Source: a virus
DNA length: 64,000 bases
IMG/VR virus record: IMGVR_UViG_3300010970_000150
Span: 24,288-88,287 of that record
Reading direction: 5' to 3' (one strand)
The number at the start of each line of letters is the position of its first letter. Positions within the stretch are counted from its first letter, which is position 1. A program made the translations under genes and the position numbers. The notes below the pieces were generated by a model, which saw only the letters and a list, made by a program, of their open reading frames with translations, did no database searches and was not told the DNA's origin. This document shows positions 48,899-57,507 of the stretch, in pieces.

Positions 48899-49264
48899 TC
48901 AACCCTTCTTTCGTCTTTCTTTTGCTTTTTTATTCCGTCTCAATCTCTTCTCATCTGGAGTCCTGTGGGTCGGGTGCGTCTCTTCTCTTGGTGCTTCAGC
49001 AAAGCAATCCCAGTAAGCGAGGACGCTGGCTACGAACTCAGCCTTGGTACGCTGACGCTTGGCTCTACGGGCGAGGTTACTTATCTTTCCTTCAATGCCA
49101 TTGCAATTCTGGCATAGCACCCCACGGATAAGTCCTGTCTCGTGGTCGTGGTCAAGGCAGGCGGTCACGCACCTGAGGTCTATCTTGCACAGCCAGCAGT
49201 TTCCGTTCTGGGACACGGCAATCTTATCACGCAGGTCAGGAATATCTTTTACTTTTAGTTTCAT
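48899..49264 (-). CDS. T4 endonuclease VII-family resolvase
   Basis: QNGNCWLC...LDHDHETGLIRGVLCQNCN..EGK, HPTH. Confidence 0.88.
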   Translation of the reverse strand: MKLKVKDIPDLRDKIAVSQNGNCWLCKIDLRCVTACLDHDHETGLIRGVLCQNCNGIEGKISNLARRAKRQRTKAEFVASVLAYWDCFAEAPREETHPTHRTPDEKRLRRNKKAKERRKKG

Positions 49265-49328
49265 TCTTGTATATATCTTTTACTTTTATTAATGCTTGCT
49301 ATACAAGTCAAGTTGAATAGGGTGCGGT

Positions 49329-49805
49329 ATGGAATATGAGTCGAGTAAGGAACGCCTGAGTACTAACCCTAGCATTCAGGTCACAGGCAAGAAGATTGCC
49401 AAGGAAAAGCGTGAGAAGGTCATTGAACTTCTTAAGGACGGGCAAGGCACGACTGCCGTGGTCGAGGCCACAGGCGTGTCTAAGCCTGCTGTCATTGCTA
49501 TTAAGAAAGATACTGAGGACAATAAGGGATTTGAATTGGGTACTTGGAAGAAGCAAACGGCTACCCTGCTCTCTCAGATTGTTACCCGTGGCTCTACTAG
49601 GCTTCTGGATGAGATTGAGAACATCCCCGCAGGCCAACTCCCCCTAGCCATAGCCATTATGGTAGACAAGGTTCAAGCCCTTCAGGATGCCCCTACAGTC
49701 ATAGTAGAGCATCGTCTAAGGGTCAGCCACGAGGACATCAACTCTATGCTCAAGGGGGATATAATAGATATCAAACCGCTTGAACAAAAAGACTTGACTC
49801 AGTAA
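49329..49805 (+). CDS. HTH protein, candidate terminase small subunit (unit B)
   Basis: Homolog of 5457..5912. Confidence 0.5.
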   Translation: MEYESSKERLSTNPSIQVTGKKIAKEKREKVIELLKDGQGTTAVVEATGVSKPAVIAIKKDTEDNKGFELGTWKKQTATLLSQIVTRGSTRLLDEIENIPAGQLPLAIAIMVDKVQALQDAPTVIVEHRLRVSHEDINSMLKGDIIDIKPLEQKDLTQ

Positions 49806-49831
49806 CACACCTGTGAATATTGCCTGTCGTT

Positions 49832-50092
49832 ATGTACTCCTACAGATTTAAAAATCTGAACATCAGGCACGAGGGTCTTGACTTCCTCGTTAATGGTCTC
49901 GCTCACTATGTTATCGAGGACTATGAGGAAGACGGCAAGCAGGCTGGCTTTGAGACCGCTGAGGTCTATGATGCCTTGGGTGCTGGAGGTTATGTTATCT
50001 CCAAGGAAGTCCTTGCTCATCTCGCTGACACGGCTGTTGCGACCCTCAATCAGGATTCGCACCTGACTCGTGTCCTCGGAAACAAACTTTGA
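49832..50092 (+). CDS. Hypothetical protein, paralog of 50149..50478
   Basis: SYxxxNLxI...G...VxGxAxY.xE pattern. Confidence 0.6.
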   Translation: MYSYRFKNLNIRHEGLDFLVNGLAHYVIEDYEEDGKQAGFETAEVYDALGAGGYVISKEVLAHLADTAVATLNQDSHLTRVLGNKL

Positions 50093-50148
50093 TTTTATTT
50101 CAAAAAGACGCTTGACCTAAACGCAAATCGTATTACATTACTAATCCT

Positions 50149-50478
50149 ATGCCTCGCAACACACCAGAACATTCCTACCCTATCGAAAACCTCGAAATCG
50201 AGGTCAACGGCAGGGAACTCAAAGTCAGCGGTTACGCTAAGTACGAACTGGAGGAGCAATCCTCTGGCGAGACTGGTGACCCCTCTTCTCTTTTTGCCTG
50301 CTTCACTCGCCTGAAGATTACGGACTGGACTACCATCGTAGCCTCCGACAAGGACGCTCAGGGCTTGACCAAGGCTGACCTGAAGGCTCTGGAGGACTCC
50401 ATCCTCGACAACTTGAACGAGAACTTTGAACTCTGCGAGTACCTTGCTAATATTCCTGAAGAGGGTGAAGATTTCTGA
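50149..50478 (+). CDS. Acidic hypothetical protein
   Basis: Own TTGACC-N16-TACATT promoter. Confidence 0.7.
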   Translation: MPRNTPEHSYPIENLEIEVNGRELKVSGYAKYELEEQSSGETGDPSSLFACFTRLKITDWTTIVASDKDAQGLTKADLKALEDSILDNLNENFELCEYLANIPEEGEDF

Positions 50479-50536
50479 AAATAGTTCTTGCATCAAACCT
50501 CAACTGTCATACATTTACTTTCTCACCCACACGCAT

Positions 50537-50845
50537 ATGAAACTCGAAAAATACTTCGTTGTGTCTTCTTATGTCTCTTACGAGGCAAAGACCAGCGTCA
50601 CCACCAGCCCTGTCTTTGACACGGCTATTGAAACCCTGATTTGGCTCAACAAGACCAAGGCAGAAGTTTCTCCATACTCCAGCGAGAAGTCGTACTCGTT
50701 CTATGAAATCTGCAACTGGGTGAATATCGACTCGACTAAGTTGTTCTCTAAGTCTGAGTTCGATATGCAGATGCTCGCTCGTAAGGAGTCTGAAGCCCTC
50801 CTTCCTGTCCTTGTGCCGCCTGTTGAAGTCACTCCCATCGTCTAA
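50537..50845 (+). CDS. Hypothetical early protein
   Basis: CACGCATATG leader and TTGCAT-N16-TACATT promoter. Confidence 0.65.
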   Translation: MKLEKYFVVSSYVSYEAKTSVTTSPVFDTAIETLIWLNKTKAEVSPYSSEKSYSFYEICNWVNIDSTKLFSKSEFDMQMLARKESEALLPVLVPPVEVTPIV

Positions 50846-50849
50846 GACT

Positions 50850-51089
50850 ATGGACGCACACAAGGTCACCCTGTTCGACAAGTCCATCCTCTACACGGCT
50901 AAGTCCGTGTTCAGGGTGGAGGAGTCCCGCAATGCCAAGGCTTGCTATGAAGGTCAGTTCGCTTCTAACGACCCAGTCAAGGCTATCCGCTGGTATCAGA
51001 ACACCACCAAGGACGCTGGCTCAGGCTGGCGGGTACGGCTGGTCAAGGATGGAGATGAGTTCATCATCATCACCAAGAAGACCTTCTGA
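50850..51089 (+). CDS. Hypothetical protein
   Basis: Follows previous ORF; terminator downstream. Confidence 0.55.
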   Translation: MDAHKVTLFDKSILYTAKSVFRVEESRNAKACYEGQFASNDPVKAIRWYQNTTKDAGSGWRVRLVKDGDEFIIITKKTF

Positions 51090-51220
51090 TGGATTCCTTT
51101 CTCAAGTTCCTAGACAGGCTCAGCCTGCTCCTGAGGGTCTACAAACGCCTACGCTGACTTTCACAGGGGGTAACCCCTGCGTTGCGTGGCTAGTAAAGAA
51201 GCCGTGGTAGGCTTCTATGG

Positions 51221-51257
51221 GGGGAGAGACTAAGAAACTCTCCCCTCTTTTTGTGCC
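51221..51257 (+). terminator. Intrinsic terminator
   Basis: GGGGAGAG/CTCTCCCC stem then TCTTTTTGTGCC. Confidence 0.7.
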
Positions 51258-51493
51258 AGAATAAAGTTGACAGATTACATATAACTGGATTCTATAGCCG
51301 AACAATAGGGAAGGTTAATGCGTCAAGGATGGCGTGTTAGCCTGCCTGTAGGACTTAATGCGTCACTTATGGCGTGTCTAGGATTGGTTCTAAGCCCTCC
51401 TGATTCCAGCCCTAGTCCTTGGTCAGGCTGGGAATCCAAGAGCCTCCTAGGGCATCCTCAGGTCATCTAGACGGCACTCAGCCTAGGCATCTA

Positions 51494-51530
51494 GGCACAA
51501 AGAAGGGCAGACCCCGTAGAGCCTGCCCTG
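51494..51530 (-). terminator. Intrinsic terminator after histone-like gene
   Basis: AGGGCAG/CTGCCCT stem then TCTTTGTGCC on minus strand. Confidence 0.65.
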
Positions 51531-51539
51531 ATTGTACTT

Positions 51540-51734
51540 TTACTTATTGCCAAGAATGTATCCTGCCAGAGCGATGTCCATCCTGACCTTGCCGCCATTA
51601 TGCTCATTAATCGCCTGAAGGAGTTTCTTTTCGAGGTGGCGTTCAAGTGCCTCAAGGAAATCCTTGCTCACCTGCTTGCCGTGACTCTTGCAGAACTTCT
51701 TAACATTAGCCGTCTTGATGTAGTATTGCTTCAT
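51540..51734 (-). CDS. Histone-fold-like protein (prokaryotic/phage histone candidate)
   Basis: alpha1 ANVKKFCKSHG, loop KQVS, alpha2 KDFLEALERHLEKKLLQA, loop GGKVRMD, short alpha3; CCCACCACGCATATG leader. Confidence 0.65.
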   Translation of the reverse strand: MKQYYIKTANVKKFCKSHGKQVSKDFLEALERHLEKKLLQAINEHNGGKVRMDIALAGYILGNK

Positions 51735-51865
51735 ATGCGTGGTGGGAAATTGAATAGCCTGTCAGCCCCACGAAGGTCACAAATAAACCCTTGAGCATCG
51801 TTGCCTACGCTCAGACTGACAGGCTAAAATGTAAAGGAACGGAAAGGGCATTCTACTTTATATAC

Positions 51866-51889
51866 AAAAAGGGGTTAGTGACTTCCCCC
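51866..51889 (-). terminator. Intrinsic terminator; near-identical copy at 52383..52414
   Basis: GGGGGAAGTCACTAACCCCTTTTT on minus strand. Confidence 0.55.
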
Positions 51890-51895
51890 TGCATC

Positions 51896-52267
51896 TTAGA
51901 CGAACTTGCTCCTACGCCACGCCAGATAGGTCTTGAGGTCACGAGAGCATTGTCCTGACTTGTACTGCTCGTGGTCTGGGATAGGGTCACTCCAAGCGGG
52001 ACTGCGGGTGTTGTCATAATGGTGGTGGATAGACCAGAGGACGATGCCGTCCCAGTCCATTTGCTCCACACCATCAGTACGCCCACCACAGTTGAACTTA
52101 GTGTTGAACCCTGCGTGAATCCACGCTGAGACCTCATTAGCCTTTTCTTCTGAGTCGTAATAAGCCGTTCCCCAGTTGCCGCCTCCTAGGTGGCAGACCG
52201 CCTTATGAGGGCAGTCTGGGTTCTTAGGGATGGCTTTGGCTGGTTTGGGCGAGGTCTTCTTAGGCAT
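51896..52267 (-). CDS. Hypothetical early protein
   Basis: Start MPKKTS after AAAACGCA leader; TTGACA-N17-CACATT upstream. Confidence 0.6.
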   Translation of the reverse strand: MPKKTSPKPAKAIPKNPDCPHKAVCHLGGGNWGTAYYDSEEKANEVSAWIHAGFNTKFNCGGRTDGVEQMDWDGIVLWSIHHHYDNTRSPAWSDPIPDHEQYKSGQCSRDLKTYLAWRRSKFV

Positions 52268-52420
52268 TGCGTTTTGGTTTGTATATTCCCTCCCCCAGTA
52301 TTGGGGGTTTAGGAAAGTAGAATGAGAAGGAACAGAAAGTAATGTGCCTTGATAACTCGTACCTGTCAAACGCATTTATCGTAAAAAGAAAGAAGGGGTT
52401 AGTAACCTCCCCCCGTTTCC

Positions 52421-52855
52421 TTACTTGGCTTCAGCCAACTTCTTAACCATCTCCTCCAAGACCACCTTGATGAGTTCCTTGAGTTCCTCGTTAGAGGGGC
52501 GATTGCACTCAATCACCTCATTCTCAAGGGAGTCCTTGACCAACTCTTCAACCTTGTCGCTGAGTTCGTCAGCGTGTTCATTGATGAGTTCGTTGACCTT
52601 ATCTTCATTGCAGAAGTCGGAGTTCGACATCCACATATCAATTTGGTCATCGAGGTCATTGCTCCTGACAAAGTCATCAGGGTCGATGTCGTTACACTTC
52701 TCTTCCACATCATCCAGACGGCTTTCGACATCCGACAAGTCGGTTGCCTCCAGTTCGTCCACCTGAGTGGAGAGTTTGTCATAGTCCTTGCGGACAGTAG
52801 TGACAGTTAAGGCGAGGGCGTTGATGCCCAGCCAGTTCTTAATCCAGTTCTTCAC
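52421..52855 (-). CDS. Highly acidic early protein, probable relative of 7923..8723
   Basis: MKNWIKNWLG N-terminus then D/E-rich repeats. Confidence 0.7.
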   Translation of the reverse strand: MKNWIKNWLGINALALTVTTVRKDYDKLSTQVDELEATDLSDVESRLDDVEEKCNDIDPDDFVRSNDLDDQIDMWMSNSDFCNEDKVNELINEHADELSDKVEELVKDSLENEVIECNRPSNEELKELIKVVLEEMVKKLAEAK

Positions 52856-53037
52856 GATGTTATTATGCGTTTTGCGGGTATCAGCCTCCAGCGAGATTGC
52901 TGGTTTAGCCGAGAGTTTTCAAAGAGCGAGTAGGTGAACTTCCCCCTACTCCACTAAGATACTAGGTCTGGGGTACGATGCAAGCCCATATGCAAAGAAT
53001 CTTCACTTATTTTAAAGGGCTGGTTTAGCCCCCTAAT

Positions 53038-53237
53038 AGCCCCCTAAAACACCCCCTAAAAGGCTCTAGGATGCCCTACAAGCCCCTTGCAAGGTAGCCT
53101 TGGTGTCTACCCTCGCCAGCCTCGATACCCCCCTTAGAAGGCAAATGTGAAGGGCATTGATAATACCCAATGTTTACAGGGGTTTCCTGCGTGTCACGAG
53201 GCGTGTCAAGGAATACTTCACTTCAAGCACTAAATAG
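53038..53237. repeat. Dispersed ~200-bp repeat, copy 1
   Basis: ATGCCCT ... CCAATGTTTACAGGGGTTT ... CGTGTCAAGG.ATACTTCA..TCAAGCACTAAATAG. Confidence 0.8.
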
Positions 53238-53582
53238 TCTTGGTCGCTTGCTATAAGGAATCCTAATGGGGTCATTAGCCGTCCTAATGGGCGTTCGATT
53301 CTAAGGGGGGTATGTATCTGCCCTTACCACGCTATGGACTACCCCTTGTAAACGCCTCCTAGGGGCATTTGTGCAAGGCACTTGATACACTTCTGTAAGT
53401 ACCTGATAACCAAGGAGTAGAGGTGCGTTGTCAAGGGCTTGCCCGTGAGTGTTAAAAAATTGTAAAAACAAGAACTATTTACACCTGCACACGATTGTAA
53501 CAATTGACACACAACTGTAACAATTAAGTTCTTGAACTTGGCAAGGAACTTTACACCTTTCCAGTCGCACCACGCACCTACT

Positions 53583-53927
53583 ATGTACACGCCCCCCATC
53601 AGCAACCTCGCCTTCACGCTCTCCTCGCTTGAGACCGCCCTCGCTTTCGCCATACAGGAGGAGGAACGCCTCTGGCGTATGGCTGAGGAGGTTTATGACG
53701 CTGGCTCTTCCCCTACCGAACAGAGTGAACGCTATAAGGCAATCTGTGACGCTTGGAGACCTCAGGTGGAAGCCTGCGAAACCATCGCCAAGGTCATCCA
53801 GAGCCTCAATTCTGAGTACGCTGACGAGCGTTTCAACACAGCCTTCAATCGTAACGAAATCACAACGCTCAAGCGTTACACTCAGCGAAAGGCTGAGAAA
53901 ACCCTCAGTTTCCCCTATAACAAATAA
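53583..53927 (+). CDS. Hypothetical early protein
   Basis: Start moved to MYTPP after CACCACGCAC leader. Confidence 0.6.
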   Translation: MYTPPISNLAFTLSSLETALAFAIQEEERLWRMAEEVYDAGSSPTEQSERYKAICDAWRPQVEACETIAKVIQSLNSEYADERFNTAFNRNEITTLKRYTQRKAEKTLSFPYNK

Positions 53928-53931
53928 GTGC

Positions 53932-53992
53932 AAATAGATTTGACACACAGCAAACCCTCTGATTCATTACTCATCTACCCACCACGCATATG
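53932..53992 (+). promoter_or_regulatory. Promoter-leader cassette, copy 1
   Basis: AAATAGATTTGACA-N17-TTCATT...CCCACCACGCATATG; 52/61 identical to 54243..54303. Confidence 0.8.
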
Positions 53993-54244
53993 AATAAAAC
54001 CATCGCCGCCCAAATCAGAACTCACGAAACGCAAGGTCAGAAGTACCTGCGTCTCGCAAGCGACAACTTCGCTGTCGCTAACTCAGAGAAGGGGCTGACT
54101 CGTGAGTCCCTTGAACGCCACAAGGAGTACCTAGGCTACGCTGAAGACTACAGCCTGCTCGCCCATAAGGAACTTGGTTGCGCCTACAGCCTCCTCTCTA
54201 ACGAGATGCACAAGGCTGACCTGCCTGTGAATAAGTCAGAGTAA
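53990..54244 (+). CDS. Hypothetical early protein
   Basis: Between promoter cassettes. Confidence 0.7.
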   Translation: MNKTIAAQIRTHETQGQKYLRLASDNFAVANSEKGLTRESLERHKEYLGYAEDYSLLAHKELGCAYSLLSNEMHKADLPVNKSE

Positions 54245-54303
54245 ATAGATTTGACACCACGCCCAGCCTCTGATTCATTACCTACCTACCCACCACGCAT
54301 ATG
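54243..54303 (+). promoter_or_regulatory. Promoter-leader cassette, copy 2
   Basis: Same architecture as copy 1. Confidence 0.8.
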
Positions 54304-54513
54304 CTCTCCATCGCCCAACTGAAAGTCCGTGATGCTATCTATAACCTCATCCAAAGCGAGTACGCTCGTCTAGATGCCCCTATCCCTCTGGAGTCCTGCT
54401 CGCCTGAGGATATAGCAGACCACCAGAAGGAGGTCGAGTTTCGCAGGGCTAAGTGCATTAAGCGGACTGACGAGATGCTCAAGATGCTGGCAACCCTTGG
54501 ACTCAAGAAGTGA
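54301..54513 (+). CDS. Hypothetical early protein
   Basis: Cassette leader. Confidence 0.7.
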   Translation: MLSIAQLKVRDAIYNLIQSEYARLDAPIPLESCSPEDIADHQKEVEFRRAKCIKRTDEMLKMLATLGLKK

Positions 54514-54606
54514 GCAAGGCTGTAACAATTGACACACGATTGTAACAATTATCCTCTCGACATATCTGTAAATAGCCTTACATTCCTATCTGTACCCACC
54601 ACGCAT

Positions 54607-55452
54607 ATGACCACTACCACTAAAGTCTCGGTTGCCGACATCCTCGCTGAACGCTTCATCCTCTCCCTTGAGGCTGGCACTATTCCTTGGCAGAAGCCTT
54701 GGAAGTTCGTTCGCCCCCAGAACGCTATCAGCCGCAAGGCTTACTCTGGGGTCAACGCCTTCATCATTGGCTGGTACGGGCAGGACAACTACTACCTGAC
54801 CTTCAACCAGATTAAGGCTCTGGGCGGCTCGCTGGAGAAGGGCACTCGCTCCCTCCCTGTGCAGTTCTTCTCCAAGGTCGAGGCTTCCAAGTCCAAGGAC
54901 GGCAAGGAGTTCCTCTTCCGCCGCTACTATAATGTCTTCCCCCTGAACAAGGTCACCCTGCCTGAGGGCAAGGAATACAAGCGAGCCGACAAGCAGATTG
55001 ACTTCCAGCCTGACGCTGAGGCTGAGCGTCTCGCCTCCCTCTCCACCTGCCCCGTGCGTCAGGGCAAGGAAGGTCGAGCCTGCTACAGTCCCACCTTCCA
55101 TCGCATTGAGATGCCTGCCAAGGACTCCTTCAAGTCGGTTGCTCACTATTACGCAACCCTCTTCCACGAGATTGGTCACTCCCTCAAGGAAAAGGGTACG
55201 CACTCCACGGGCTTTGGCTCTGAGCCTTACGCTAAGGAGGAACTGGTCGCTGAACTGTTCTCCAGCCTCTGCCTCGGTCATTGCGGACTGGACGCTAGCG
55301 AGACCTTCACCAACGCCTCTGCCTATGTCGAGAACTGGCTGACCGCCCTGAAGGGTGACAAGACCCTCATCCTCTCTGCCGCCTCTGAAGCCTTCAAGCG
55401 CTTCACGGCTCTGACCAAGGTCGCTGAGGTCGCTGAGGAGGTCGAGGCGTAA
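54607..55452 (+). CDS. ardC: ArdC-family antirestriction protein (ssDNA-binding + zincin domain)
   Basis: IPWQKPW, YSGVN, LTFNQ, YNVF, HEIGH, YAKEELVAE, YVENWL. Confidence 0.9.
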   Translation: MTTTTKVSVADILAERFILSLEAGTIPWQKPWKFVRPQNAISRKAYSGVNAFIIGWYGQDNYYLTFNQIKALGGSLEKGTRSLPVQFFSKVEASKSKDGKEFLFRRYYNVFPLNKVTLPEGKEYKRADKQIDFQPDAEAERLASLSTCPVRQGKEGRACYSPTFHRIEMPAKDSFKSVAHYYATLFHEIGHSLKEKGTHSTGFGSEPYAKEELVAELFSSLCLGHCGLDASETFTNASAYVENWLTALKGDKTLILSAASEAFKRFTALTKVAEVAEEVEA

Positions 55453-55475
55453 GCCTCAGCCCCTAGGCTGGTCTC

Positions 55476-55497
55476 GCCCCCTAGCAGGGGCTTTTTT
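55476..55497 (+). terminator. Intrinsic terminator
   Basis: GCCCC/GGGGC stem then TTTTTT. Confidence 0.75.
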
Positions 55498-55507
55498 GTG
55501 CCTATCC

Positions 55508-55706
55508 AGCCCCCTAGACACCCCCTAGAAGGCTCACAAATGCCCTCAGAGGGTGGCTTCTACCCGCCTTGGTACTTACCCTCACCCCATATGACAAGAG
55601 CCTTGTAGGGCAAATACAGAGGACACGCATTCCGACCAATGTTTACAGGGGTTTGCTCCACCTCGTGAGCCGTGTCAAGGGATACTTCAAATCAAGCACT
55701 AAATAG
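55508..55706. repeat. Dispersed ~200-bp repeat, copy 2
   Basis: Colinear with 53038..53237. Confidence 0.8.
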
Positions 55707-55780
55707 CACGAGGCATCAGAAAGTTATTCACACCCCTCAGGGTGAACAGCCGTACAGGTGAACAGGTGTTCACTAGTGTG

Positions 55781-55901
55781 CTAGGATGCCCTCAGAGGGT
55801 GGCTTGTATTGACCCTATGCAGGGTATGGACTGACCCTAGAAAGAGCCTTGTAGGGCATTTGTGGAGGTACAGCGGTTTCAGCCAATGTTTACAGGGGTT
55901 T
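55781..55901. repeat. Dispersed repeat, copy 3 (~120-bp core)
   Basis: CTAGGATGCCCTCAGAGGGTGGCTT ... GAGCCTTGTAGGGCA ... CCAATGTTTACAGGGGTTT. Confidence 0.8.
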
Positions 55902-56135
55902 TATAACTTTCCGCACCACATCAAGAACATTCTGCACCAGCCTGTAAATTGCCTATATTTAGACAGTAAATAACTAAACAAAACTATATACAGGAACGAA
56001 AAACTCTGGTATAATGGAGATTTGTTGTTTTAGTCGGAAATAAGGTCAGACGATTTACAACTTTTTTACACTCTCTGGGCTTGACCTAATCCTATACATC
56101 CTCACTCTCCTACCTGTACCCACCACACCACGCAT

Positions 56136-56420
56136 ATGACCCACCCTCACAACGCCAACCCTGAATCCTACGCTCTCGCCCTTCGTGCGACCTTCGCCCT
56201 CCTGATGGAGAGCCAGAAGGCAAGCGACTACGCCACCTACCTCTGCCTTGAGACCATTGAGGCTTCTGACGCTCGCAGGGAGGCAATCGCAGTCCATCAG
56301 AAGGCTCAGGCAGTCCGAGACGCTGTCGAGTCCCTCCTGCTCGCCTGCCGCACGGCTCAGAACAACGCAGAGCATCGCACCCGCCAACTGGTCGAGATTG
56401 AATACAACGCCAAGAACTGA
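56136..56420 (+). CDS. Hypothetical early protein
   Basis: CACCACGCATATG leader, terminator downstream. Confidence 0.7.
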   Translation: MTHPHNANPESYALALRATFALLMESQKASDYATYLCLETIEASDARREAIAVHQKAQAVRDAVESLLLACRTAQNNAEHRTRQLVEIEYNAKN

Positions 56421-56447
56421 ACAGGCGTTCACCAGTCAGCCAAACCT

Positions 56448-56469
56448 GCCCTCGAAAGAGGGCTTTTTT
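56448..56469 (+). terminator. Intrinsic terminator
   Basis: GCCCTC-GAAA-GAGGGC then TTTTTT. Confidence 0.8.
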
Positions 56470-57167
56470 GTGCCCTTTTCCGACCCTCTAGGATGCCCTC
56501 AGAAGCCCTAGCAAGGGTCTGCCCATACCCTAGCCTACCCCGATAGAAGCCCACCTCCTAGAGCCTCCATAATCCGGCCTTATCCAGTCCATCAGTTCCT
56601 CTAATACCCACTCACTAGCGTAAATAGATTTGCTTTTTACATTCTTTTTACACTCACCCTTTCCAATTGATTCAGGCGTATTCTCAATGCGTTCTCATCT
56701 TCTACTAGATAGGATATAGACTGGGTGAATCCGTTTCACCACTCAGCCCTTTACATTCTATAAGAAGCCTACTATACGGGGGGCGGGGGTCTGTCTTTCT
56801 TTTCGGTGGCTAGTATGGGACGGGTCTGTCCAGACACTTTTTTTAGTCCAATAAGCAATAGCGAGTACGAAGCATCAGTACGAGCGAGGAGAGGGGTTAT
56901 TAGGGGAGGTTAAAAGGGCTTGTGTCAAGCACTCATTTAATGTATAGAAGATAAAAGCCGATTCTGCTTGACGCATCGCCTGAGAATCCCCCTATGTACC
57001 CCCTGTTGTTCACCCCCTCAGTCCCCCAATTCTGGGGGAAGGGATTTAAAGTTTCTAGTTGACTCTATAAGTTCTTCTAGGAATATAAGGTTGTTCTTAG
57101 AAGAAATCCCAGCGAGTCTCAACGAGCGAAGGTTCTATTCTAGGTTGTTCTTTCACTTGCCTTAATT

Positions 57168-57229
57168 GGCTACCAACTAATCCGTGAGGCTTATAACCTC
57201 GTAATCTGGTGCAAGTCCAGAGATAGACA
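57168..57229 (+). pseudogene. Degenerate/D-armless tRNA-Ile(UAU)-like element
   Basis: TGAGG-CTTATAA-CCTCG anticodon arm, TCTGG-TGCAAGT-CCAGA T arm, weak acceptor stem. Confidence 0.45.
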
Positions 57230-57435
57230 AGGAGGGTACATAATGCAGAGTCGATGAAGCGTACAGTATGTTACGGCTGAACAGGCTTGCGGCTCTATGC
57301 CGTGGGTACGCAGAGACGATGCAAGGATAACAACAGACTTTGATATCAAGTCCTAGTTCCTTGGATGCCCCAAGTGCGTCCGTATCAACCTAAATCTATA
57401 CAGACCTGAAGTAAACGAAGGAACGGAATCATTTC

Positions 57436-57507
57436 GCCTTGTTAGCACAGCGGTAGTGCGACTGTTTTGTAAACAGTAGGTCGTAGGTTCAATTCCTACA
57501 CAAGGCT
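57436..57507 (+). tRNA. tRNA-Thr(UGU)
   Basis: GCCTTGT/ACAAGGC, loop TTTGTAA. Confidence 0.93.

Noticed and set aside
53038-56560. CRISPR array
   Set aside because: Repeats are dispersed over kilobases with genes between them, have no regular spacers, and no cas genes are present
57300-57360. Group I intron core (CAGAGACG...GATATCAAGTCC resemblance)
   Set aside because: No complementary P7 pairing and no interrupted host gene identifiable
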